Assembly: GCA_963665115.1 (NCBI GenBank)
Contig: OY762007.1
Location: forward strand, 2,496,001-2,560,000
Direction of reading: 5' to 3'
Origin: an uncultured Rivularia sp.
GTDB lineage: Bacteria > Cyanobacteriota > Cyanobacteriia > Cyanobacteriales > Nostocaceae
Length of the DNA: 64,000 nt
Shown: positions 34,752 through 44,131 of the stretch, piece after piece
How positions within the stretch are numbered: position 1 is the first letter of the stretch
Layout: the number at the start of each line of letters is the position of its first letter
Program-made: the position numbers and the translations under genes
The notes under the pieces: generated by a model
Seen by the model: the letters and a program-made list of their open reading frames with translations, nothing else
The model's database searches: none
What the model was told of the DNA's origin: nothing

Positions 34752-34915
34752 GTATTTGTATCAAGTTGTAACTAGAAAAAATGCTCAGACTGAACAAATT
34801 GATGAGTATTTTTACTATTAACGGAAAAAAATGCTCTTTTGTATTACAAGTTACCGAAGAAAAATTTTCTCATACCTCTGCCCATCTATAGACAATCAAG
34901 ACTAATCGATAAAAT

Positions 34916-35644
34916 CTAATCTTCTAGTTCGACAATCACAACAGTAATATTATCGTGTCCGCCTTGATCTTTAGCTCCTTCTATTAGAGAAAGAGCAGTT
35001 TTTTCAAGTACAGTATTTTCTTGCATATAGTAAGCTATCTTTTCATCTGCAAGTTCCTCAGTCAAACCATCGCTGCATAATACAAGGCGATCGCCAGATT
35101 TAACATCAAGCGGTTGCACGTCAACTTCATTTAAGTCGTCACGTCCGAGACAGCGAGATAAAACATGGCGGAAAGGATGATTCCGCGCTTCTTCTATGTT
35201 GATATCGCCCATTTTTAAAGCGCGTGCAACCCAAGTATGATCTTCAGTGATTAATTCCAATAGAGAAGAACGCCAGCGATACAAGCGCGAATCACCAATG
35301 TGAGCAACGTAGGGAGACTCACCGGGGCGAAATACAACTGCGACTACAGTAGTTCCCATATCGGCTCGTTCCGAATTTTTCTGCTGATCTTGCAGAATAG
35401 CTTCGTTGGCTTGCCATAAAGCAGACTGTAACAATTCGTCCGAAGACTTAGAGGCATCCCAATTAGATAACAGGTACTTTTGAATTTCCAATGCAGCAAT
35501 TCGACTTGCCTCCTCACCTCCGGCGTGACCGCCCATGCCGTCGGCTACAATGAAAAATCGACCTTCCGGGTCAATATAGAAAGCATCCTGATTACTAGAA
35601 CGAATAAGTCCCGGATCGCTAAAACCCGTGAATTTAAGTTTCAT
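34916..35644 (-). CDS. PP2C-family Ser/Thr phosphatase (PphA-like)
   Basis: NQD, VADGMGGH, MGTT, HIGDSR, CSDGL, DNIT. Confidence 0.93.
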   Translation of the reverse strand: MKLKFTGFSDPGLIRSSNQDAFYIDPEGRFFIVADGMGGHAGGEEASRIAALEIQKYLLSNWDASKSSDELLQSALWQANEAILQDQQKNSERADMGTTVVAVVFRPGESPYVAHIGDSRLYRWRSSLLELITEDHTWVARALKMGDINIEEARNHPFRHVLSRCLGRDDLNEVDVQPLDVKSGDRLVLCSDGLTEELADEKIAYYMQENTVLEKTALSLIEGAKDQGGHDNITVVIVELED

Positions 35645-35661
35645 ATAGTTTTATATTTAAA

Positions 35662-37347
35662 CTAATACATACGGTCGTAACGGTCGAGGCGCAAAAGCAA
35701 TCTAATTAACAGCCACGATACAGTTGCTGCAATTAAACCCGCAAAGACTGCGAACCATACATAATTCTGAACCAACAATATCGTAGCTGAAAGGGTAAAT
35801 CCACTGATAATCAGCGCATAAATTCCTCCTAGCTGGATATTTGTTTGTCTTCGCAGCAAACGCTCTGTTTCAATAGATCGGACGCGCACTCGCACATCTC
35901 CCCGCTCAAGTTTTTCTAATGTCTCTTCTAATCTACGTGGTAGACCAAATGCACTAGTACTTACTTGAACTGCTTGACGACTCAGTTCGTTAATTATACT
36001 GTTCCCCTCAGAACCATTCATATCACTCATAAGCTGCATTGCGTATGGTCTAGCGACTTCCATAAAGCTAAATTCTGGATCTAACCCTTTACCGACTCCC
36101 TCAAGAGTAGAAAAAGCTCTCATCACAAAAGTGAACGTAGCCGGAAATCTAAACGGCTGATCGTAAGCTATTTCGTACAAGTCTTCACTGATACTTGCTA
36201 CTGACTGTTTCTCGAAGGGCTTGTCCATAAAGTGATCCAGCATATACTGAACCGAACGCCGCACTGGTCCCATGTCATCGGTTTGTGCCAATGCTCCTAA
36301 ATTAACTAACGAATTAACAACTCGCTCGCCGTCTTTAGAAGCAACACCAAAAAGTGTATCCATTAATCCTTCGCGCACGTTGGACTGAATTTTGCCCATC
36401 ATGCCAAAGTCATAAAATATTAACGCACCATCAGGACTAACGGCAATGTTACCAGGATGGGGATCGGCATGGAAAAAGCCATTATTCAGCAATTGATGCA
36501 GGTAAGCTTCGGCTCCTTGACGGGCAAGAACCTTTCGATCCAAACCTGCTGCTTCCAAGGCTTCGTACTGACTAATTTTAATACCAGGTAAGTATTCTAA
36601 CGTCAAAACCCTGGGCGAAGCATAGCGCCAATAAACACGCGGAACTTTAACCCACTCTTGAGCGCGGAAGTTACGGCGGAAAGTATCGGCATTACGACCT
36701 TCGTTCAGATAATCAATTTCTTCCCAAAGAATGCGGCAACATTCCTCATAAATACCAACCCAATCTCGTCCTCTTCCCCATTTCGGATGATTTTGAAAGT
36801 ATTTTGTAATACCTTTAAGAATTTTTAAATCAATTTCAAAAAGTTGTTTTAATCCCGGACGCTGTATTTTAACAACAACCGATTCCCCAGAATGTAGCAC
36901 AGCTTTATGAACTTGTCCCAAACTCGCAGCAGCTAAAGGAATAGGTTCAAAACTTGCAAACAATTCGGGAATTTTCTTTCCGAGTTCGTATTCAATAATT
37001 TCTTCTACTTGCTCGTAACTAAAAGCTGGGACTTTATCTTGCAGTTTAGTTAATTCTTGTACATATTCGCTGGGAAATATATCGGCACGAGTAGAAAATA
37101 ACTGACCTACTTTAATAAAAGTAGGTCCTAAATCTAGCAGAGTGTTACGAATCCAAACTGCTTGCCATTTTCTTCTTGCAGCCTTTTTGGTGTCGCTGGC
37201 TCCCCCGCGATAGCTCCAGGACTTATTGTATAGCCAAAGTCTTAACATTAAAGTTAATACGAATGACCAAATATCAACAAAGCGTCGCCTGCTAGAATAA
37301 TTTTTGCGGTTCCAACGGTATGCGTTATCTGAATAACCCTTTTCCAT
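35662..37347 (-). CDS. ABC1/AarF/UbiB family atypical kinase
   Basis: LGPTFIKVGQ, AAASLGQVH, VKIQRP, HADPHPGN, DFG. Confidence 0.93.
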   Translation of the reverse strand: MEKGYSDNAYRWNRKNYSSRRRFVDIWSFVLTLMLRLWLYNKSWSYRGGASDTKKAARRKWQAVWIRNTLLDLGPTFIKVGQLFSTRADIFPSEYVQELTKLQDKVPAFSYEQVEEIIEYELGKKIPELFASFEPIPLAAASLGQVHKAVLHSGESVVVKIQRPGLKQLFEIDLKILKGITKYFQNHPKWGRGRDWVGIYEECCRILWEEIDYLNEGRNADTFRRNFRAQEWVKVPRVYWRYASPRVLTLEYLPGIKISQYEALEAAGLDRKVLARQGAEAYLHQLLNNGFFHADPHPGNIAVSPDGALIFYDFGMMGKIQSNVREGLMDTLFGVASKDGERVVNSLVNLGALAQTDDMGPVRRSVQYMLDHFMDKPFEKQSVASISEDLYEIAYDQPFRFPATFTFVMRAFSTLEGVGKGLDPEFSFMEVARPYAMQLMSDMNGSEGNSIINELSRQAVQVSTSAFGLPRRLEETLEKLERGDVRVRVRSIETERLLRRQTNIQLGGIYALIISGFTLSATILLVQNYVWFAVFAGLIAATVSWLLIRLLLRLDRYDRMY

Positions 37348-37478
37348 AGCTTTTGCAAAGCCGTTGATTTTCAACCGAGCATAAACTAAGAGATGTTATC
37401 TCCTAGCACTCGGAATTCTTACCAACGGAAATACCCCTTTATTTCCTTTTATTATCAATTTTCGATTTTTCTCTAGCT

Positions 37479-37817
37479 TTAGACGGAACCGCTACGATGA
37501 CGTTGCAATTCAGTACGTAATACAGCAATTTCTGCTCGTAGTTCATCAATCATTGCTTGCAGATCGAGAGGCTCAGAACTAGTTTGCCCAGTTCCTGGAG
37601 AAGTGGTATAGGTTCCACTCCCAGTACCAGCAGTTTCCTGCCCACGTTCGGCTCGTTCCATCACTTCAGTAGTAAACGAGCGCATATGCTCTTTTAGTTC
37701 GGCATCTAGTTTACCGAGTTCGCTCAAAGCATCTGTAAAAGCGCCTTCCATACGTTCATTAATGACTTCAGCAGCGGCTCTGCCTACGAAAAATGCTTGC
37801 ACAAGGGGGTTACTCAT
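37479..37817 (-). CDS. Conserved cyanobacterial coiled-coil protein
   Basis: MSNPLVQAFFVGRA...DLQAMIDELRAEIA; upstream of the ABC1 kinase. Confidence 0.75.
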   Translation of the reverse strand: MSNPLVQAFFVGRAAAEVINERMEGAFTDALSELGKLDAELKEHMRSFTTEVMERAERGQETAGTGSGTYTTSPGTGQTSSEPLDLQAMIDELRAEIAVLRTELQRHRSGSV

Positions 37818-38514
37818 AATTAGTTTTTTTATGTTTATCCGCAAAAAAATTATAACTTGCCACTATGCTCAACGTGCTTATATAACGCCAGATTTGCTTG
37901 ATATTATTTTTGAGTTGTTTTAGAAGCAGAGCAATCAATATTACCGTAAATCTTTGCAATGTGCAGCTTTGAGTAGATTACAGCCTCACATTCACAGCTA
38001 ACCTATGATTTTGTATAAATGATTATCACCCACGATTTTGAAAATATATTCCTAAAAATATATTCTATTTTATGTCATCAAAATCACACAAATTAAGAAA
38101 TAATTAAGAAATTAGCTTTGTTAAAAAAGCGGGTTTCTAAGTACATCCATTTTTTACAGAACACATCGAATTTCGATGTTAAGCGTGGATTTTGCCTAAA
38201 GGTAAGTTTGCCGTGATTCGTGCAGCTAATTTTATAACCCGTTGTTAAGCCCGTATTAATAAATATTTAATACTTATATATCTTGAGCCAGAAACATACA
38301 AGAGAGTAATTACCTTAGCTAATGTTAAGTTAATTGAACTTTAGCAACATAAATGTTGTTAAAGTAATGTATATTGAGTTAAGCAACACAAATGTTGCTT
38401 TAGTAATGAATTTTATATATATGGGAAATAAAAACTGTATCCAGTTCAAAGTTGCAAAACTTCGCTGTTGAATCGTTAAGTATCAATGTAACTAAGTCAA
38501 TAGTTAATAATTTT

Positions 38515-39546
38515 ATGAAAAGTTATGTAGGGGATGTTAGACAGAAAGACACTCTCTTAAAGTCCATTACTTTAGACCAATTACAGGTATTTGAAGCTGC
38601 TGCTAGACACTCTAGCTTTACTCGTGCAGCAGAAGAATTATTTGTAACTCAGCCCACCGTATCGATGCAGGTAAAGCATCTTACGCAAGCGGTAGGTGTA
38701 CCTCTATTTGAATACGTTGGGAAGCGTATTTATCTAACGGAAGCAGGAAGAGAAGTTTTAAGTACTTGCAAGGAAGTTTTTAAATGTCTCGACAGGCTTG
38801 AGACTACCATTGTCGATTTAAAAGGGATGAAGCAAGGGAGACTGCGATTAGCAGCAGTTACTACAACTAAATACTTTATTCCTAAATTACTCAAACCATT
38901 TTGTAAACTTTATCCTGGCGTTAGCGTTTCTTTAGAAATAACAAATCATAACGTTCTACTTTCACGGTTGAATGAGAATCTTGACGACCTTTATATTCTC
39001 AGCTGTCCGCCGGAAAGAGAAGATATGGAGACAAAGGCATTTTTGGATAACCCCTTAGTTTTAGTTGCCCCGTGCGATCATCCTCTTGCTCATAAGCGTA
39101 ATATTCCATTAGAATACTTAACCGACGAACCTTTTATCATGCGAGAGCAGGGTTCTGGAACTCGTAAAGTAGTACAGCAATTTTTTGCTCAGAATAAAAT
39201 ATCAGTACCGATAAATCTGGAACTTGGCAGCAATGAAGCTATCCAGCAAGCTGTAATTGATGGTTTAGGGCTTTCAGTCTTATCTCTTCATACCCTCAAT
39301 TCTATAGACACAATAAATAAACTCGCTATATTAGACGTTGAAGGTTTTCCCTTGTATCGCCAATGGCACGTAGTATATCCCAAGAAGAAGCAGCTTTCAA
39401 TTACTGCCAGCACTTTTTTAGAATATTTGCTACTACAAAGCCAGCAATTTTCAGTAGATCAAAAAAATCCTTTACAGCTAATTAAAGATTTGCAAGTCAT
39501 GTCCTCACTTAGCACGCATCAAATAAAAGCAAAAGTTACAAGTTAA
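38515..39546 (+). CDS. LysR-family regulator, CbbR/CmpR/NdhR subfamily
   Basis: TLDQLQVFEAAARHSSFTRAAEEL.VTQPTVS, REQGSGTR, LGSNEAI. Confidence 0.9.
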   Translation: MKSYVGDVRQKDTLLKSITLDQLQVFEAAARHSSFTRAAEELFVTQPTVSMQVKHLTQAVGVPLFEYVGKRIYLTEAGREVLSTCKEVFKCLDRLETTIVDLKGMKQGRLRLAAVTTTKYFIPKLLKPFCKLYPGVSVSLEITNHNVLLSRLNENLDDLYILSCPPEREDMETKAFLDNPLVLVAPCDHPLAHKRNIPLEYLTDEPFIMREQGSGTRKVVQQFFAQNKISVPINLELGSNEAIQQAVIDGLGLSVLSLHTLNSIDTINKLAILDVEGFPLYRQWHVVYPKKKQLSITASTFLEYLLLQSQQFSVDQKNPLQLIKDLQVMSSLSTHQIKAKVTS

Positions 39547-39776
39547 GAGTTATTTAATTTTAGATTTTAGATTTTGCGGAAAGTTGGGGGTGTTGGTTTC
39601 CGGAGCCACTGCGTTGCGCGGGTTCCCCGCGTTGTAGCAAGTGGCGTTCCCCCAAACTTTCCAAGACGGATTTTGGATTTTGGATTAAAAGTTAGGAGTT
39701 AGGAGTTAAGAGTTAGAAATTTACGAATAATTTAGTCTATTTTTTATACCCACTCTACCCCCCCTCTAACTAAATG

Positions 39777-40373
39777 CTAATCCAACTCTCGGCGACCTTC
39801 CAAAGCTCTTGCTAAGGTTACTTCATCAGCGTATTCTAAATCGCCACCTACGGGTAAACCAAAAGCGATTCGCGTTACCTTGGTGAATGGCTTGATTAAT
39901 TGACCGACATATAGTGTCGTCGTTTCACCTTCTATGCTGGGGCTAATTGCTAAAATAACTTCTTTTGGTTTGCGCTGACTTACTCGTCGTACTAAAGAAT
40001 GAATATTTAATTGCTCGGGGCCAATACCTTCTATGGGAGAAATTACCCCTCCTAGAACATGGTACTTGCCTTTATATTCTCTTGTTTTTTCCAAAGCAAT
40101 CACATCGCGAGAATCTGCTACTACACATATAGTTTCCTTGTCGCGCTTGGGATTGCGGCAAATTTCACAAACAGGTTCGGAAGATAAATGAAAGCATTCT
40201 CGACATAAACCGACCTTTTTTTTGGCATCAATTAAGGCTTGTGCCAAAGCTTCTATCTCCGCTTCAGGTCGTTTTAAAATGTGCAGCGCTAATCTTTGGG
40301 CGGTTTTCGGACCAACTCCCGGCAAGCGTTGCAACTGTTCGATTAATCGTGCTAGAGGACGTGCGTAAACCGT
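39777..40373 (-). CDS. recR: Recombination mediator RecR (start codon uncertain)
   Basis: [14 protein letters not shown]4 zinc finger, Toprim domain (YHVLGG, EGETT, EYAD). Confidence 0.95.
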   Translation of the reverse strand, partial: TVYARPLARLIEQLQRLPGVGPKTAQRLALHILKRPEAEIEALAQALIDAKKKVGLCRECFHLSSEPVCEICRNPKRDKETICVVADSRDVIALEKTREYKGKYHVLGGVISPIEGIGPEQLNIHSLVRRVSQRKPKEVILAISPSIEGETTTLYVGQLIKPFTKVTRIAFGLPVGGDLEYADEVTLARALEGRRELD

Positions 40374-40752
40374 TTTCTTGTCTCCAGTATTTGCTTACCT
40401 ATATATAATGACATTCTTAGAGGATTTTGGATGAGTTTTTTCATAAAAGTATTTAGGAGAGCGTCTTCCGAGCGCGTTTTTTACCTAAGTTACCTCAGAT
40501 ATTTCAAGAAAGGACACAAAGACAAATAAGTAGGTGAACAAAAATATTTACCGTCATTATTCGCTGCGCGAAGTAATCCCAACCCTTGCGATTGCTTCGT
40601 TTCACTCCGTTCAACTCGCAATGACAATGTGTAATTAATTTTGTTTAATTACTTATACTACTGACCGCGAGGTAAGTTTTAAAATCCAAGAACTTTAATA
40701 ATTATCAGTTCGGCGTTGCAAGGTGTATTTACAGTCCTTCAACTAATTATTT

Positions 40753-40866
40753 TAGGACTTACGCACGGATAACGTAACTATAGTCATTGCGACGTAAGGA
40801 AGCACTCACCTGGAGGATGTGGATCATCTCGAACTTTGAAAAATCGTGCTGAGTGCGTAAGTCCTG
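40753..40866. mobile_element. MITE-like element, 114 bp, 13-bp terminal inverted repeats
   Basis: AGGACTTACGCAC ... GTGCGTAAGTCCT. Confidence 0.7.
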
Positions 40867-41212
40867 TATTTAACTAAGATTAATTACTAACAATTTTTTG
40901 ACTTTCCAAAAATTTATGAGTATGGTGTTTTCTCATAAATCATTTAGGATTGCTATATTCCACCATGTTAATTTTACTGGATAACACATTTGCAGTGGGA
41001 GCGAGACGCTCCCAATTTATAACGAGCGAGCAAGATGTATGTCTTTCAGACACGCTCCGCTAACGCACTACCTTTCTGGGGCAGAACAGTACTACCCCAC
41101 CATGTTAATTTTGCAGAGTTTGTAGTAAAGACTAAAGTCCTCTTGGGCTGAAGTCCTTACTACGAACCTTACCCTACTCCTTCAAATCGCTAACTTTGGA
41201 GTAGAAGAGCAA

Positions 41213-43237
41213 TTACTTGGAATTAGGATGCTCGTAAGCACCGATATCGGAAGCATCATCTGCTAACCGTTTTTTTCCATTCTTGTCCATAGCTGCATAG
41301 TCAGGGATTTTACCCGAACCTTTATTAATTGCAGGGGAATCGGAAGATAGGCTGTATTTATTGGCTTTTGAATCTAAGAAACCAGCCGATTTTACTTTAG
41401 CGTTGTTAGTTTGCTCAAAGTTCTTAAGTCCATTTCCAGTTTCATAGATTTCTTCAAACTTATCTGTAAACAGATTGTTATCCAACACAACATCATCTGC
41501 ATCTTTAATTAAACCATTACGGTACTTAGCATCAGCAAAGATATTGTTGCGTACTTTTACATTAGAGGTTTTATCACCTTTAGTGTAATCATCACCATCA
41601 ATTACAATCGATTGAACATTGTTTGCTACTGTATTATTGATTACTTCAACATCACTAACGTTACTAGTTACCATTATTCCTGCACCTCCATTTATACCCT
41701 GTTTCCCGTTCCCATATACAACGTTGTTGTAAACGCGGATATCTTTAACATCACCTTGCTCTGGAACTTCATCAGCAATTACAATTCCATCGGCAACGTT
41801 TTTATAGACAGCATTGTTGTAAATATCAACGTTGAAAGTATTAGCACGATTTCCTTCAACGTAGATAGCGGGACCACCGTTATAACCCCCAGGAGTTCCA
41901 GAGACTTGCGCGACACCAGTCACAGTATTACTGTGAATGGAACCGTTTCGAGAGCCTGTTTTAACATCGATGCCCTCGCGGGTTGCTTCTTTAACAATAT
42001 TGTTGGCAACCTCGAAACCATCAACACCCCAAATACTTAGTGCTTCTTGAGTACCTCTGGTATCTCCTCTACCAGTCCATCTCCAATTTGCTCGTTCAAC
42101 TTTGTTATCCAGCACTTTTATATCTTTACTGGTAACTTCAGCCTCTCCACCTTTGTAGTAACTTTCAGGTAAAACGATGATACCTGAAGCTCCTGTTTCA
42201 AAAGTGTGATTGTTCTGCACAATCATATTATTTGCATCTCTAAGTGAAATTCCAGCCCAGGATGTATTCTCAATTCGGAAGCCATCAATAATCCAGTGCC
42301 CCTGATTAGCAGACTGAATAACACCCTCTCTAAAACCACCTTTTTGGGGGTCGGGGTCGCGCAGAGTTACGTCACCATCAGCTTTTAAGGTAATATGACC
42401 GAGTTTTTCATTACCTGATTTATCTAAGGTAATCAATTCGGTATATGTCCCCGGTTGTACTAATATAGTATCTCCAGCTTTTACCGCAGAGTCTTCCTGT
42501 ACTGAGTAATTGACAGTTTTCCAAGGCTGTTTTTTTGTACCTGGATTATCGTCGCTACCGTTTGGTGAAACATAGTATGTTTTTCCTCCGGAGCTAGAGT
42601 CTTCAGAGGTATCATCGCTACTATCTGAGGAATTATCTGGAGTTTTGTTATCCGTTGGATTTTTCGATTTTGATTCGGAGTCTATTGAATTAAACTCTAT
42701 ATAATCAAAACGGGCAAGTTCGGCATTATCATACTTTCCTTCAATCTTGAATACATCTCCTGGTTGCAGTTTAATTTCCGAATGGGTAACACGAGACGTT
42801 AAAGCCTTGGCAACAGCACCACTTCCAGGTAAATCTTTATCGAATGAGAAGCTTTGAGTCTCACCTGCAACCGTAACTTTTGCAGAAGAAACACCGTCAT
42901 CTTCATCGTAAAAACCCACGTTTACCTCATAAGTACCAGCTTCGCCGTTAAAAACACCTGTTGCTGTTCCAGTATTGCGATCGCTACCTAAAAGAAAAAT
43001 ATGCTTACCACCTGAAGAAACATCATTTGACTCAATTTGATAGTTGCTTAGTTTCAAATCTTCCATTTCGTAGCGTAGAACATCTTCTTCTAAAGTCGGT
43101 AGCATGGAAGAATTAGAAGATGATAATGAACCCTCACTTACCAAGCCTTTTCCATCTAATGCAGAACTAGGCACTAATTCTTGGGGACTTGCAGTTAAAG
43201 CCGATTCATTATTAAGCGGTATGTCGAAATCATTCAT
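41213..43237 (-). CDS. Right-handed beta-helix protein (DUF1565/pectin-lyase-like) with one CBM6/35-like domain
   Basis: YYVSPNGSDDNPGT..PWKT, GDTILVQPGTY, PbH1-like repeats, DIGAYE; start MNDFD matches the paralog's MNGFD. Confidence 0.8.
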   Translation of the reverse strand: MNDFDIPLNNESALTASPQELVPSSALDGKGLVSEGSLSSSNSSMLPTLEEDVLRYEMEDLKLSNYQIESNDVSSGGKHIFLLGSDRNTGTATGVFNGEAGTYEVNVGFYDEDDGVSSAKVTVAGETQSFSFDKDLPGSGAVAKALTSRVTHSEIKLQPGDVFKIEGKYDNAELARFDYIEFNSIDSESKSKNPTDNKTPDNSSDSSDDTSEDSSSGGKTYYVSPNGSDDNPGTKKQPWKTVNYSVQEDSAVKAGDTILVQPGTYTELITLDKSGNEKLGHITLKADGDVTLRDPDPQKGGFREGVIQSANQGHWIIDGFRIENTSWAGISLRDANNMIVQNNHTFETGASGIIVLPESYYKGGEAEVTSKDIKVLDNKVERANWRWTGRGDTRGTQEALSIWGVDGFEVANNIVKEATREGIDVKTGSRNGSIHSNTVTGVAQVSGTPGGYNGGPAIYVEGNRANTFNVDIYNNAVYKNVADGIVIADEVPEQGDVKDIRVYNNVVYGNGKQGINGGAGIMVTSNVSDVEVINNTVANNVQSIVIDGDDYTKGDKTSNVKVRNNIFADAKYRNGLIKDADDVVLDNNLFTDKFEEIYETGNGLKNFEQTNNAKVKSAGFLDSKANKYSLSSDSPAINKGSGKIPDYAAMDKNGKKRLADDASDIGAYEHPNSK

Positions 43238-43849
43238 GAGTAATTTGTCTCTTGTAAATGAGTTCGGCAAACGCACGCTGATTTCAAACTGACACTTTTA
43301 TTTTTAACAATAAAAATCGAGCTTTCAAGTTATATGAAATACCTCTGAATATAAAAAATATAGATAAATACTCATGAACAATTACTTATATAACAGTCCT
43401 TAATCCATCTATTCACCATTAATATTTTTTGAACGAATTATAAGTATAAACACTTATGTATATTGTTTTTTTTGATTATTATCTTTTAAAATTTATATCT
43501 GTTGTGATTTACGAATAAATAACTAATCATCTAAGTACTTAATTTTATTTAATACATATCAGCAGTAGTAATATCTCTAATAAAGAATCAATAGCATTGA
43601 TTGATTGAGATAGCAGTATATTGTTTGATAAGCTTTATTGACAAAGATTATAGGAATTACAGTCTTTTTGCGATCGCCAAATATCAAATAAAATGTTGAT
43701 GTAATAAAAAGCTCTAAAGTCTCAGGATCGATTGCAAAATAACACAGTCATAGATAGTTGCGAAAACTTATCTAATCGTGAAAAAGAAGGTGTCGGTGAT
43801 AAGAAATAATTTGATTTATTCTTTAACTGGCTAAAATTCTGGGTAAAAT

Positions 43850-43991
43850 CATATCTTGCACTATCGTCTTGAAATTGATTTAAAGGTGGGTGTGAGACGA
43901 GCTAGAAAACCCGGTTTATCCTAATATAAATACGATAAATCCGTTATGATACGAGTAATAAATCGGGTTCCTGACGGTGGTGCAAGATATG
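43850..43991. mobile_element. MITE-like element, 142 bp, 12-bp perfect terminal inverted repeats
   Basis: CATATCTTGCAC ... GTGCAAGATATG. Confidence 0.65.
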
Positions 43992-44131
43992 AAATATAAG
44001 TAGAAAAGTTCTACATCCCGCAATTTATCACTTAATACGAGAGCGCGTATTCCTTCCTACTAATCTATCCTTATCTATGCGGTAAATCGCTAGATATAAA
44101 AACGTAAAATTTCACTTCTGAGAAAAATTAA

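Noticed and set aside
41612..42040. 142-aa plus-strand ORF and its twin at 44540-44968
   Set aside because: Antisense shadows of the paralogous beta-helix genes
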